This document shows, in pieces, positions 1 through 14,194 of a DNA stretch of 64,000 nucleotides (the first letter of the stretch is position 1; each line of letters starts with the position of its first letter). A program made the translations under genes and the position numbers. A model generated the notes under the pieces. It made no database searches. It was not told the DNA's origin and was given only the letters and a program-made list of their open reading frames with translations. The DNA is taken from positions 211,918,001-211,982,000 of the forward strand of contig NC_058368.1 in the NCBI RefSeq assembly GCF_018350175.1, read 5' to 3'. Source of the stretch: Felis catus (lineage: Eukaryota).

Positions 1-54
1 TCAGTCTCTGCGGGGGCTCCGAGGGTATTGTGACTGACTGGCTGGCCGGCCCTT

Positions 55-487
55 TGGAGTTAGGAAAACCTGAATTTGGACTGAGAGGCTTACCAGTGGT
101 GAGTAGCTGCTATGGCATAATGGCTGACTATGTGTACTTCGTAATCAGATTCGGTGTGGGAAGTTAGGCAGTCCGTTTATCCCTTTGTGCCTTTGTTTGC
201 TCGTTTGTAAAGTGGAGATAATGGCAGTACCCAACTCATAAAAAAAGGGTTGGCAAAGTATGGCCCACAGACCAAATCTGGACTGCCTCTTGTTTTTTAT
301 AAATAAGGTTTTATGGGAACACAGGTAAGCTCATGTGTTTATAGTGTGCATGGCTGCTTTCAAACTACAACAGCAGAGCTCAGTAGTTGGGATAAGGACT
401 GTATGGCCCACAAGGCCCAAAAATTGCTCTCTGACTTTTACAGAAAAAATTTACCGGCCCCTATAGTACAATATTGTGAGAATGAAA

Positions 488-539
<52 letters not shown>

Positions 540-600
540 TTAGAAGAACACTTGGTAAATAATACAGTCAATGGATGTTGGCTGTCATTATCATTTTTTT
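55..600 (+). mobile_element. MIR interrupted by MER58 and an (AT)n tract
   Basis: MIR core tttgtaaagtggagataatggcagtacc, resuming as attgtgagaatgaaatga after 463. (AT)n at ~491-535. Confidence 0.7.
246..463. mobile_element. MER58-like hAT-Charlie MITE
   Basis: AGGGTTGGCAAAGTATGGCCC...AAATTTACCGGCCCCT termini and typical internal motifs. Confidence 0.85.
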
Positions 601-869
601 TGTGTGTGTGTTTCCAATATGCCAGGTACTGGAATGTGTCGTTTATGAGGTGGTTTATGTACATTGTCCTCTTCTGCCCCCCACCCCCCCCATCTTTGTT
701 ATTTTTCTAGATGATGAAGATTGGAGAAGTTGAATAACTTTATTGGGCAGTTATTTTGAGCCTGAGTCCTTCTACCCCTTACCAGGCACCCCCAATCCCC
801 TCATCTCCCCTAGTTTTGGGGAACCACTAGTCTACTTTCTGTCTCTGTTGCCTGCGTATTTAAAATCCT

Positions 870-1200
870 TGGTTTAATAAGCTTTTCAGGAGATTCTGAT
901 GCTCACTAAAGTTTAAGAAGCACTGGCCCTGATCAAACATTAGGATCAACCCAGGAGCTTTTAAAAAGTACCCGTTCCCCACCCCTCTTCCCAGATGTTC
1001 TGATTTACCTGGTCTGAGGGTGAAGCGCAGACATCAGTATTTTTTTAAAGCTCCGAAGAAAATTCTAATGTGTGGTAAATGTTGACAGCCAATGAATTAG
1101 TGTGAGCAGGTATTAATTAGCAATATTAGTCAATATTACTCTACAGTGGCAGCTCTTCCCAAGTAATTCTAACATGCAGCCAGGGCTGAGAACCGCTGCT
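870..1200. mobile_element. Cluster of MER5-like fragments
   Basis: Three copies of the gattctgatg...gtttgagaaccactg-like terminus. Confidence 0.7.
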
Positions 1201-2874
1201 CTCAATTGCCCCCTCTTTTCCTCTTGTGCTTTCTAAGGGAGATTGCACACTGGTTAGCATTATGTCAGGCTTGGAAACAGGATGCTGGGAGCTTTTCAAT
1301 TTCAAATGGCCCCAGGGAGCAGAGCAAAGTACCATGTGGGCATTTTCAGATTCAGATTCCAGATTCATTCTAAGTACAGGAGCACAAAGAAGCAAATATT
1401 AACTAATGGACTAATGTGGTAGCCAGGATGATGGAAACTTTTAGATTCAAATCACTAAATGATTTTGTCAGAAGAACCAATCTACTGGGATTAGTTTTGA
1501 GCCTTTCACACAGAATTGAACAGTTAATGATAGTTATAAAATAAGCCATAAAATCCAAATGAGTTTCTTTCCTTTCTGTGAACATACGAACTGGCTGGCT
1601 TCAAGTTCATTTGCTCGTGTGCCATCATCGTCAGTGCCTCTCATCAAAAGGATAGTGGTTGGACTTGTGTCTGGTTTCCCCTGATCACTTGTCTGGGATC
1701 TGACCTCTGGGATATTTATTTTCCTTTTCACCAAAACAGGACCCCACACTCAAATTCACAGGATGGCAGGCTTAGGATGTATATTGGCTTTTAAGCCCCT
1801 CACCATTCCTAAGGACAGAGGTGGCATTTGGGAAAGCTTTCTGAGGAAGAAAACACTGTCATGTAGAACAAGACATGAGATTTTCCTTCCTCTGGCTCAG
1901 AGCTGGCATATTCTTTGCTTTAGATATAGCCATCGTAATGCTGGAGGCTGTGTTCTCTTAGAGTTGCCTAAAATTTAAGGTCAATTTAGTGTCCCTTGGA
2001 GCAGGCTCAGATGGTTGCGGATTGCAGACCCAAGAAAGGTCACTCATGACAGGGTGTGGGATGGCCTCCTTCCTCCATTTAATACCTTCCACACACCTCT
2101 GGTCCCCATCCTCTTGGGAGCTGCTCTCAGACAGTCAGCCCATGTCCTGCCCAGCAGCCCCTCCTTGGTCATCTTTAACATTCTCACCACCCTCTCTCTC
2201 CTCTGAAGTCTTTATAACCTTAAAGTTACAGAATTTTTTTTTTTTGAACAGTTTAGTTGATTTGTTCCATTCTAAGTTTTTTGATGGAGAGACTGTGTTG
2301 TTTAATCAATTAGACTTAGAATTGATCCTCAGTGGGAGTCATTACCTGTGAGAATTCCAGTGGGGTGGTTTTGGATTTGCTATTGCCAGGGACCCTATCT
2401 GATTTGCTCCAGGCTACTTTGTTGTTAGTATTTCAGCTGAGATTTTCTGCAAAATGTTATCCTGCACATTTGTGTATGATATGGGACTGGGGTTCAGATT
2501 CTTCATGGGTACCCCACCTCCACCGAGGGCTCAGTCTAGGCTCCCAGATACCTGAGTCAGTAAATATTTGTAATGTTTTTATTTTAATAAATATTTTAAA
2601 TTTTTGTTCACAGTCAGGGACAGTATTTCTCAGCTCAGGCTTTATTAAAGTGAATATGGTTTTTGGCTCTATCCTAAACCCTAACCTCAATTCCCACCCC
2701 TACTGGAGAATTAGATCCTGACCCGAATCCAAATAGCTCTCTTTCTCAGGGGCCACTCAGCTTCAACTCCCCTTCAACTCTCTTTCCTTTTGCCTTTTGG
2801 CACCTTGAGATTTCCTTTCTTGATCTGAGCTCAACGATGGATTACAATTTTCAAAGAGGTATTCTTAGTTTTTT

Positions 2875-3625
2875 TTTTTTTAGTTAAACTTTTTATTTTG
2901 AGATTGTTGTGGATTCATATGCAGTTGTAAGAACGAATACTGAGAGATCCCGTGTACGCTTGACTCAGTCCCTCCCAGTGGTAGCATCTTACAGAATTAC
3001 TGCACAGTATCATAGGCAGCAGTTTGACATTGATATAGTCAAGATGCCCAACATTTCTATCACAAACAGTTCCTCATGTTGTCCTTTTACAGCCGTACCC
3101 ATTTCCTTCCTGCCTCTCTCCCCTCCTTATGTGTACATTTTGTATCTAAGTCATAATCCATTCTGAGTAAATTTTTGTATAAGATGTGAGACTTAGGTAG
3201 AGGTTCATTCTCTCTCTTCTTTTCTTGTGGCCTATGAGTGTCTAACTGCTCCAGCACCATTTGTTTTAAAAAGGCTAACTTCCCTCCTTTGAATTGTTTC
3301 TACGTTTGTGAAATTCATTTGGAGATATTTTTGTGAGTCTGAGTTTTGTGTTCTATTCCATCAATAGAATCTTTATTGCTATAGCTATGTAAGTAGTCTG
3401 GAAATCTAGTAGACTGATTCCTAACATTTTATTTTTTCCCAAAATTGTGTTTGTAATTCTAGTTCCTTTGCCTTTCCATATAAATTTTAGAATAGTCTGA
3501 CCACAAAAATGTGCTGAGATTTTGGTAGGAATTATATAAACGTATATATAAACTCGTAGAATTGACGTTTGTTACAGTTAGTCCAGTCGATGAACAGGAT
3601 AAGTTTCTTCCACTTCTTCCCATGA
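2875..3625 (-). mobile_element. Old L1 (L1MB-like) 3' end and ORF2 fragments
   Basis: Poly-T, gcagttgtaagaa.. 3'UTR motif, ccagcaccatttgtt ORF2 motif. Confidence 0.75.
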
Positions 3626-4479
3626 GACCTATCCAGGTTGACTGGACTGGTTGGAGTAAAAGGTCCACGATGCTTGGTTTTCTCTCCTTCCCAAGGTGAG
3701 AATTCTATAGCTCCTTAGAAGGGATTCTAAATCTCACTCTGATGGCATTTCTCACCAGGAAATCTCCCAGACATTGTCCTCGAATGTATCACCCATTAGT
3801 TGGGCTGTCCTTATGGACCAGCGGGCTTATCCCACCTGTAGGGTAGTTAGCGTGAATAGAGAATGAGGCTGTTAAATGAACTGTAATAATTGCTTTGTAT
3901 TTTTTTAATTTACTTTTCTGGGTCAGAGAATTTATTTGGGGAAAAATCAGTGAAACCGCTTTTGCAAATCTGTTCCCTTTGTTTGTTTACTCATATTTAT
4001 TCTTGAAGTATTCTGGTTTGGAGAGTTTTTTGATTCTAAATCAGATAGAATGATAGTTTCTTCTGCGCTGAGCCTCACTGTCTCCCCCACTGCTGAAAGA
4101 TGGCGCCTGGTGGGATGACCACATTTTATTCACAGGTGAGATTCTGCTTATTGATTCAGAGCACGTTTGGAGAAGAGTCTTCTGTGCTGTGACCTAAGTT
4201 TCTATGCCTCATTAGTATGATCTATGATTTCTTTTCAGTTTGCAGAATTCTAGTGTCTAAACACTGTTTATAGGTTTTTAAGTGTCCAACCTGTCTCAAA
4301 AGTTGTAGCAAGAACCTTCATTTCAGTGACTGCCTTAACCCCCTTGCAAACTATTCCTACACAAAAACATAGATAATTACGTTAGTCAGCCCTGCCTATT
4401 TCATGCTGTTGTAGATAACAGCTCTAAGTACTTTTGAAAAGTATCCAGTTCTCTTGTTGGCTTAGTAAGAGTAACTGAA

Positions 4480-4914
4480 TCTCTTCACCTACCTTGTTGG
4501 GGCACCTCATTAAAACTGCTCTAGTCAGGTCATCAGTGAACTTTGTGTTGCCAGTGGGTGCCTCTCTGTTTTCACTGTACTTATGTTTCAGCACTGTTTG
4601 ACACAATTTCTATTTTTATGTATTTTTTTCTCTGGGCGTAAGTGGTACCGCATTATTATGGTTTTACTCCTACCTACCACCCTGAGAGTTCTGTCTCAAC
4701 ATCCTTTGCTTCTTTCCATATCTTTAACTACTAGAGTGTCCCAGGGCTTTGTCTGTAGCTCCCTCTTCTCTAACTTCATCCTCTGTTAGGTGATCCTGAC
4801 CAGTCCCAAATGCTGTCTACTCCTCTGTCAGTTTATCTGACCATCTGTCCTTCGTTTCATTCATTATCTATCATTATCATCGATCTAATCATCTATTTGT
4901 ATGATTATCTATTG

Positions 4915-4962
<48 letters not shown>

Positions 4963-6130
4963 ATCTATATCATCTAGCTCTATCTCTGTACATGTATGTG
5001 AATAACTACTAAATTTATGTATCTAACTCTGATATTTCCTTGCAACTCCAACTGTATTTGCCATTTCCACACGTATGCCAGATAGGAATCTCAAATTTGA
5101 CATGTTCATAGCAATACTCTTGATTCCCTCCTCCTGCCATTTTCCCCATTGTTGTACGTGTCAACTTTATTCTTTCAGTTGTCCAAAACCCATGGACTCA
5201 TCCTATGGTTGACTCATCTCTTTCTCTCCTACTCTGTATTAATTCTTATCAGCAAATCCTGTCAGCTCTTCTTTCAAACTATGTGCAGAATCTACCCCTC
5301 TTACCACTTCCACATTCTCAACAGGGGTAGTTTTGTCCTATAGGGGACATTTGGCAATGTCTGGAGATATTTTTGGCTGTCACAATTGGGGAAGGGATGA
5401 CTACTTCGGGCTTCTGGTAAGTAAAGGCCAGTGATGTTGGAAACTTTCTACAAACCACAGAATGACCCTCCCCGACAAAGGATTGTATGGTACAAAATGT
5501 CAATAGTTTCGAGGTTGAGAAACTCTGCCCCAGTTCTAGTCACCACTGAATTGACCTCCCAAGTGGTTCCTCCACTTCCTCTCAATTCCCTGCAAGCCAT
5601 TTCTCACGTAGTGGCCAGATTGGACTTCTAAACACATTTCTAGAGCAGTGCACTCTACTGCTTAAAATCTCTACTTATTTCCCATCATAGCAGAATAAAA
5701 TCCGAATGTCTTGTCTTAGCTTCCAATATCCCTCTGGCCTGGTCACTGTCTACCTCCCTGGCCTCCTGCCCCATCACCTTGCCCTCCAGCCACACTGACC
5801 TTTCTGTCTTTCAAATGTACCAAGCACACTCTGGCCTCATCGCCTTTGCATTCATGTTCCCTCTGCCTAGAACACTCTTCCCTCAGATTTCTACCTAGCT
5901 GCTCCTTCTCGTCGTTAGATCCCAGCTGATGATCTTCCCTGACCACTGAATCTAAAGTAGAAACCTCCAGTGTTCTACCACATTACCCATTTTATTTTTA
6001 AAAAGAACCTATGATACCTGATGTTTTCTTTTATTTTTTGCTTAACTTTTCTTTTCCTCACCCTGTCTTGTTCACACATGTTTAGCTATGTTAGATAGTA
6101 AACCTTCAGTGAATACTGGTTGAATGGATG
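4480..6130 (+). mobile_element. L2 fragment containing a (TATC)n microsatellite (~4880-4985) and a MER20
   Basis: L2-like motifs (tttgacaca, ctcaaatttgacatgttc, cctttgcattcatgttccctctgcc) and a 3' tail tgaatggatg. Confidence 0.7.
5311..5528. mobile_element. MER20 hAT-Charlie MITE
   Basis: ggggacatttggcaatgtctggagatatttttggctgtcacaa...aatgtcaatagt..gaggttgagaaactctg. Confidence 0.9.
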
Positions 6131-9100
6131 GAAATGTTTGTTTCAGCATTTAGCCTTTTACTGCCCCAAGTTTTTGTAGACCTCCCCCAGGCTGTGGCTT
6201 CACAATGAGATTATATTTCCTCAATTACCCAAACAACGACTTGAACACCACCTATTGACTTCTATGGTACAGTCTGCTTAAATGGTCCCTAAATCACTTC
6301 TAGTGGGTTCCCAGGGCACTGGCTCATTGTGGCAGTGTGATGTTGCTCTGCTCTATGGCCCTCTTGGGTTCATCACCCTAAGAGCATTGTGACTGCCACT
6401 ATCATGTTGACTTTGGGAAGAGGACACTGTTATCAACGTTGCTATTCTCTTCTGAGCCTGGGTCGGGCCTTTTCTTAGTTCTGTAAAGCACATCAGATTC
6501 CAAACTGTAATTATCAGTAAGACTTTTTGGAAAGTTTGCATATAAAGGGAAGGAAGGTACGATACAAATAACAACTTAAAACTTCTCTTCACCTTGGCTG
6601 TGCTGAGTGTAGGCTGAGTTTCAAAAGGGTCTCTAACCAAGCACTTGGCCTTTTGATACGTAGCAAAGATCACCCCACCAGCAATCTCCTTGCAAAAGGG
6701 TGCACTGAAACAGAATTCTTTACTGAGTCCTGGGCCCAATCATGAGGCCTCTGATAAAGGAGGAAAATTTCCCCACCCCAGGCTGAGTCTTATCTTTGTT
6801 TCTCGTGCTTCTTCTCAGGTGTTTCCTGCAAGGAATAGCTACTTGCTTCATGGGCAACCCCAATCTAAAGCAGCTGGGCCCCACAGGGTACTTTGTACCT
6901 AGTAAACCCCACAAAAGTGCCCTATCAAGGGGAGGGTGGAGGCCTGAAATCCAGATCAGGATCTGCCAACTGAACCAAATCCCAGTTTCAAGATGAAAAG
7001 AGGGTTTGTTATAAACCCTTTGCCCAAAGTGGAGCATCTTTTTGTAATTTGTCTACCTAGATGGGTGCCGTTTAAAATTCATCTGTCTGAAAGGGACACC
7101 TTTTAAAAATTATCTGTCTCTCTTGCACACCTTCTTGCAATTTGCATACATGTGTGCTACTGCAATAGTCACGGAGCCCCTTCCCCACAGGATTTGGCCT
7201 GGCTCTGTGGCTCCCGGATGACAGTCACATGGGGACACAGTCATCCATCACCAGCATGTTTCCCAAAGCCTAAGGTACTCGGTTTCTTGCAACAGGTAGG
7301 AGAGGTGGGGAGTTTATGTGCATTAATAACAGATCCTTTTCCATTGAGGTATCGCAAGTCTCGGCCAGTGCTTTTTCCCAATCTCTCCTTCAGTTCAAGG
7401 TGAAGAACAGTCTGTGTCCAATTCCTGAAACTATTGGGCTCTTTGTTTCTGATCTGCAGTGAACAACTGCTTGAGCTGCAAGACAAGGGAGGAGGCCTTC
7501 TCAAGAAGAGAGAGTTAACATAAATGCTCAGATCTTATCAGGCTGTCTAGAGAAAAACAATTTCTCCCATACAGATGCACAAATTATAGTGAAACGTTTC
7601 TGCTGAAACATATGCCCAATAGCGATTCTGAAGGCATCCTTCTGTTTCCTTGTTTAGCTATCTTTACATTGAGGTGAAGAGAATTTTAATTTTTGTCTTC
7701 CAAACAAACGGAAGGTATGCTCCAAAAAGAAATTGAATCTTAGGATGTAGGACAGTAGGAAGCTTTGGAATTGTCTTCCAGCTTCTACTAGAAAGATACC
7801 AGTTTTTGCTGGGATAGGCTGTTACATCATTTTAACTTTGTAAACGTTGTTAGATTCTAATTTCCCCAAATCCTAGAATTAAGTGTTCTCGTGTTTTGCT
7901 GTGTGAATGCTGTAAATGAGATCAGTGGCATTTAAAACTCTATGCTCTATGATGGTGCCTCCATTGAGAGAGGGGTGCGCTTCACTCCACATTACTCCCT
8001 TAAAGGCAGTTCAGTTCTTGGCCCAGATGGAAAGTTCTGCCAGTTCCTTTTCCACACAAGCAAATAACATAACCATCTCTGCCCTCTTGTTCTTGAACTC
8101 CGGCTGCAGCCCAGGGTGATGTAGCTGACGAATGAAATCCACTGGCAGAACTCTGTGGGAAAACTCCCAGAGTGGCTTCTGGCCTTGCTTCCTGATCTGG
8201 AACTTTGTGGCTCCTTTGCCGAAAACAGTCGTTTGAGTTGTGGGATGCCTGTGTGTCAGGTTTTGGTGCTCCTCGCCAGGAGGGAGGGAAAGTAATGCTC
8301 TGTGTATCCCCTAACTCTGCTCCCAGGCTGAGGAATTCCTTGTGACCCCTGACGTTTGGGGGTTGCCTGGTCAGACCCATGATTACTCAGAAGTGAGACT
8401 TTGGAACTGGCTGGCGGGAGATTTGTCCCTATCGGTGCTTTGTGTTACAGGCTCATAAACATGAGCGTTATTTTCTCCCCTCCTCTTTTTGCATCTTTCC
8501 ACTTCCTTTTCAATTTGGCAGGTTCATCTTGTGAGTTCCCAGCATGATGGATTGGAAATGAGAGAGAGAACTGAAGACCGTATACTTCAAGAAGCAGCAT
8601 TGTTTTCTTTCTTTGCTGGATCTTGAATTAGGGACCTGTGGGCCAGGTATAGGTCAGGAGAAGGAATGACCCTCATCTTATGGGAGATAAGAGGCCAGAG
8701 CTCTGTTTGTTATTGGGTTAATTACTTGACTTATGGGTCCACACAAATACAGATACAGATGTCACTCCCTTCTCCTGTATATCTCTTCTCTGAAGTCTTT
8801 ATTTTGAACCTCATTTCTGTTTTCATTACAGTCACTGAAGATTGGGTGTCCGGAGTTTCCCACTTGATGTTCATAGATTAATATTTCTCTCCTTTTTTGA
8901 TCGAGTACGAGTCACAGGTCCAGGAAGCTTAAATATTAGCTTTCAGAAAGCTCTAGTTCCTTTCAAAAACATTTCCATTGACTAACAGATATTAATAAGA
9001 TCTTTGAAAAATGAGAAAATAGGAGGCCTGGGTTTTAGGTTTTGTAACTGAAAAACGTTTTACTTGCTTGTTGGAGATGGTTTTTCAGTGTGACATAACT

Positions 9101-9297
9101 AATTTATTTTTGGCCGGACAGTCTGTGTTAGAGAGCCATAGCAGGTCTGTGGAGACTTGGCATGTTTTTCATACAGAGCAGTCCCACTGGATTTGGGAGT
9201 CAGAGGAGCTGGGCTCAAGTCCTAGTTCAATACTAACTAACGATGTGATGTTAGTTGAGATCCTTTGCCTTTTTGGGTCTGTTAGTTGAGTGGATTG

Positions 9298-9465
9298 GGT
9301 CCTTGCTACTAAATGTGTGGCCCATGGACCGTCAGAATGTGCATCACCCGGGAACTTGTTAGTAATGCAGATTCTCAGAGCCTACACCTGACTTGCTGAA
9401 TCAGACCTACATTTTAATAAGAGCCCCAGGTAATTTGTATGTGCATTAAAAGTTGACAGGCATTG
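9298..9465. mobile_element. MER5A-like MITE, preceded by a MIR fragment at ~9160-9290
   Basis: gcatcacccgggaacttgttagtaatgcagattctc...tgaatcaga. Confidence 0.8.
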
Positions 9466-10536
9466 ACTCACCAAACCCAGAGATACTAGTTCTGTTTGAG
9501 TTCACCCTTTTACATATTGCATCCTTCCTGCAAATTTTTGGCCCAAATATCTAGTGAAGCTTAGAAACAGTGGGGGGGGGGGGATGCTGTTGTTCTGATC
9601 AATGTTGATGGATAGAAGGGTGGAAGAGGAATCTTAGAAAATGCGATTCAAAAAAAGACCGAAAAGATACATGAGACCTGGGAGCCAAATGAGGCAGGTG
9701 ATGGTGGCCAGATATACTCTCCATCATCCTTTGCTGCTCTTCTGACTTCCACAGCATTTAGCTCTATTAGAACCCTTGTCCTTGACATGAACAGCTCTTA
9801 CCAGGACAGCTTCCAGTCGTTCTCAGGTTATTTGATCTCATCTCTGGTGAGTATGCTAAGCAATAATCTTTTGTTTTGGTGTCTTCACCTAAGCTGTTGA
9901 GAAGTGGCTTTCTGGGCCCCCCAAAGGCTAGGAGGGACAATAACAACCAATACATTTAGACTTTCATTTCCACTCCCAAGGGGATGGAGCCTGGTTGATG
10001 CTAAGTTTGGGTTAAGAACGAGGAAACCTTAATGTTTATAAATATTCCCTTAAGAGACTGTGAGTGTGGAGTTTTCCAGGATGTTCAGGAAAGTCTAGGA
10101 ATAAAAGGGCAATGGCAAAGCAAAGATGGGGCTTTCCTCTCAGCCCTGGGAGGACACTATCCATGCAGAGAGGACCACTTATGTCAGTGCACCCCACAGT
10201 CAACAGGGACAGGAGCCCCGGCCTCCACTCCTGGTCCAGACCACTTACTTCCATTAAGTTCTATATCCTTGACTAAATACTGTGCATATGCTTCTCTTTC
10301 TACTCCTCACAAACCATCTGGTAACACCACAGTTGTCCTGTTCCCCTTCTTCAGTGATTACACTTGGTTTTTTGCTTTTAAGACTTTTCAAAATAGTCAA
10401 ACACGAAAATCTTCGTCTAAACACACACGTTACAAAAATATGATCTTCTGAGATTTCCCAGTAGTGTATGTTGTTGTATTTGTTTATTTCCCTCCTTGAG
10501 ACATTTGAAGTATTCATTGAAAGAAAAAGACTTTCA

Positions 10537-10743
10537 GGGGCACCTGATCGGTTTGATTGGTTAAGCGTCTGCCTCTTGGTTTCAGCTCAGGTCATGGCCT
10601 CACGGTTCATGAGTTCGAGGCTCGAGTTGGGCTGTATGCTAGCAGCTCAGAGCCTACTTGGGATTCTCTGTCTCCTCTCTCTCTGCCCCTCCCCCACTTG
10701 CTTGTGCTTGCTCTCTTTCTCAAAATAAATAAACGAAAAAAAA
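10537..10743 (+). mobile_element. Can-SINE (feliform type)
   Basis: GGGGCACCTG head, (CT)n, A tail, TSD ~aaagaa..gactttca. Confidence 0.93.
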
Positions 10744-11498
10744 GAAGTGACTTTCATACCCCAGCGTGTCCTATACCAGACCCACTGTCTCTAATTCAGT
10801 CTCATTCCCACTTACACATTCCTTCAGGGCTCCTCAGCGAAATTGCCTGGGAGGCAATAAGCTATTCTGAGAAACAGATTTGTCAGAGTTCTACAGTGTG
10901 CCATACTGAACGGTCCCATTTGGTGTCATTGATTCCCCTCGTCACCAGTCCACCCTCCCCTCACCACCGCCACCCTGTTTGCGGACAGATTTTTCTCTGG
11001 AAATTTTTTCCTCACTTGGTTTCTGCTTTGGCCCTAGAGAATGAGTCACACAGTTTAAAAATGCACAGCTTCCACAGTCTCTGACTGGGTCATCAGATAT
11101 CGCATCTTTCTTCCAAGCAGCCCCCCCTTCTTCCTGCAAGTCTTGTTTTCTGTTGTTTTGTTTTGTTCTTTTTTAAGTTGCAGCTGCATTTTTCTCTTTC
11201 TAATCCCCCAACATTCTCAGCTTATCTCTGATGACTGATTCCCCCCTCTGTGGCGGTGGATTTTCTGGGCTTTCTCTTTGGCTGTCCTTTCTTTTTCTTG
11301 CTTTTGCTGCATTTTGGTTACTTTTACTATTTTTTTGTTTTTTAGCATATGTGCAGCAGAAACACAAAAAGTTCAGTTGTTAGCTAAAATGAGGCTTATT
11401 TAACTTATATAATGTACAAGTTATTTAACTTACAAAGCAGATATATTTAACTTATTTAATTTTATATTTTATATATTTTAGAATACGTATTTAAAAAA

Positions 11499-11710
11499 AA
11501 TTTTAATGTTTATTTTTGAGAGAGAGACAGAGACAGAGACAGAGCATGAGCGGGGGAAGGGCACAGAGAGAGGGAGACACAGAATCTGAAGCAGCTCCAG
11601 GCTCTGAGCTGTCAGCACAGAGCCCGAAGTGGGGCTTGAACTCACGAACCATGTGATCATGACCTGAACTGAAGCCGGAGGCTTAACCAACTGAGCCACC
11701 CAGGTGCCCC
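11499..11710 (-). mobile_element. Can-SINE
   Basis: ...ctgagccacccaggtgcccc end, (GA)n, T tail. Confidence 0.95.
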
Positions 11711-11876
11711 TATAATCCATATTTTATATTATGTTACATATTACTTTTCAGTTAATTTATATAATTTACATAAGTTGTATCTCTCATATATAATACATAG
11801 TATATATATTAATTTAATTAAAGTACATGAAATTCTATCTCATATATAGCATATATTAAATTATATGTCTTATCTT

Positions 11877-12012
11877 GGGTCGCCTGGCTGGCTCAGTCAG
11901 AAGAACATGCAATTCTTGGTATTGGGGTCATGAGTTTGAACCCCATGTTGGGTTTGAACCCCATGTTGGGTATATTTATTTATTTACAAATAAATAAATA
12001 AACTTTAAAAAA
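11877..12012 (+). mobile_element. Short tRNA-Lys-like Can-SINE with an internal 18-bp duplication
   Basis: TSD TATATGTCTTATCT at 11862-11875 and 12013-12026; gtttgaaccccatgttgg present twice. Confidence 0.88.
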
Positions 12013-12126
12013 TATATGTCTTATCTCCTTTCCAATCTCTGTGCAGCTTGATAGAGAAAGAATAGTGGGAATAGGCTGCTCACAGCAGAACTTCCAGATA
12101 AGAGAGAGTTTATTGCAGGGGCAGGA

Positions 12127-12129
<3 letters not shown>

Positions 12130-12166
<37 letters not shown>

Positions 12167-12168
12167 CG
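12130..12168. repeat. (TG)n microsatellite
   Basis: Direct reading. Confidence 0.98.
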
Positions 12169-13849
12169 TTAGGAGTGGGGGAGGGGGTTAGCTAATACAG
12201 AATAAGTCCACAGAAAGGGGTTTTTATATGAAGCTATGTTGCAGAAGAAATGGCTGAAATCACAGTTATAATTATAGTTAAAGGTGTCAAAACATCCTTG
12301 ACCCTCATTCATTTGAAATTGCATCGGAGCCGACAGCACATCTGAGTTTGGATGATGGATGGAAGGCAAGCATCCAGTCTCCCTTCAGTGAGTATTCTTT
12401 TCTCTCTGGAAGGTTGTGAAGGCAGTAATGACCATGGCAGATGACCAGGAAAGGATTTGCGATCCACTGATAAATGCTTTACATCCTTTCTCTGGAAAGG
12501 ATTTGTTCTTTTGCTAGTTAATTCTATTTACATTAAACTGTTTTAATAGAGAGATACAAGTTTGATAAGGAGGCTTTTCTTCCTTTTTACTCTAATCTCT
12601 AGGCCAGTCCCCTGAGATTTAGGCTTTTATTAATCAAAAGTGCTGGGCCTGGAGTTGAGAGACCTGTGCTTTATGTCTGACCGCCCCTGGCTCGCAGGAG
12701 CCCCAAGTTCTTTCACACCTGTGGTCCCAGCTTCCTCACCTGTGAAGTGAAGGGTGAGCAGTTTCTACTGTCTCATCAAACTCAGGCACTCTGACACTGT
12801 GACTGATCTGTGGCCAAGGCACGCGCCGTCATATGGCAATGTGTGCAAAAATGGGATGATGATGATAATGATGATGAGTCATGGCTAGGTAAAAACCTCT
12901 GTTTTGAAAATTGAATCTGAAAAATGAAAAATCAAAAATGTGACAGTGAGAAAGACCGTTCTAGCCCAAGTTGTGCAGGGGGTGGGTACTGACGTATTCT
13001 GTGCTAGGGAAATGGCGGCAGAAGGAGGATGCTGATGTCAGAGCCTTTCGTGTGATAATCTTCCCTGGAAATTTCCCAGGGTCATCTTGATGAGAGGCAT
13101 GTAGTGTTTACAGCCTGGTGGGCTCTTGAATTAGATAGACTTTGGTCATAAGCTTTGTAACTTTGGGCAGATTTTCTCTTACATTGTAAATAGCAACTTA
13201 CCTAATAATACTGTTTTTATTGGTTGGCTGTGAGGACTAAATAAAATATTGAGTGTGTAACACTGTTTTGCACAGAGTATATGTTCAAGAAACTATGTAT
13301 ATGTAGCTCTTATTATTATTGTTATTATTAATTAATTATTATTGCTACATAATTATTATTAATGTTACTACTGCAATTGCAGAATAACTAGAGGGTTCAG
13401 TCCTCCAGAAAATATCTCCTCCAATGTTCAAGTAAATAGTTTTATATATTCACATTTATCTGCAGTGCCCGAGAATTAACATATACTTTATTATTCACCA
13501 TTTAGTCTTTTGGACGAAATAAGTTAACATTTCAATTATTTCTTTTTTCTTAATCACATTTTTCTACTAAGGTAGACAAATGCTTGGCCATTTAAAGTTT
13601 TCACTCTTTCTCTCCCCATGTTCACCTTTTATTACTGATCCAGGGGAAGAAAAAATAATCTAGAGCACAAATCACCATAGGAGAGGACTCCAGATTTCCC
13701 CCTCCATTTATAATGTTTTTTAAAGCAGGTAATCCATTTACATGCTGCAACATTTTAAAGATACAACTTATGTCTGTCCCTAGACTCCCAACTCACCTTT
13801 TCAGAAAACTCCTCTGCCTAGGCTTCAACGGTATTATTATGGATATTTT

Positions 13850-14185
13850 TGTATGTGGTGACATATACATAGCAAAAACTAACCATTTTAAAGTGTGAAG
13901 TTCAGTGGCATTAAGTACATTGACATTCTTGTGCAACCATTATCACCAGAACTTTTCCAGCTTCCCAAATTCTGTCCCAATTAAACAGTAAGTCCCCATT
14001 CGCTTCTTCCCCTCAGCTCCTGGCAACCCCCATTTCACTCTATGTCTTATTAAATGTGACTACTCTACGTACCTCGTATAAGTGGAATCGGTGGTACTTG
14101 TTCTTTTGTGACTGGCTTATTTCAATTAGCATAATATCTTCAGGGTTCAACCATGTTATACCATGTGTCAGAATTTTCTTTTTTT
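13850..14185 (-). mobile_element. L1 (L1MB-like) 3' end
   Basis: aaagtgtgaagttcagtggcattaagtacattgaca, ttgtgactggcttatttca. Appears to resume at ~15247. Confidence 0.8.
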
Positions 14186-14194
14186 TCCCCCTCG

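Noticed and set aside
1534..1749. Minus-strand ORF with a gtatgt donor-like site
   Set aside because: No credible acceptor and no homology that I recognise.
7332..7398. Possible exon (aacAG...AAG|gtgaag)
   Set aside because: No polypyrimidine tract, weak donor, and no recognisable peptide.
10557..11084. 175-aa ORF and many similar MAQSV.../..VMIS.FVSSSP ORFs
   Set aside because: These are translations of Can-SINE sequence.
11877..11970. tRNA-Lys-like sequence as a tRNA gene
   Set aside because: It is degenerate, has an internal duplication, an A-rich tail and a TSD, so it is a SINE/retrocopy.
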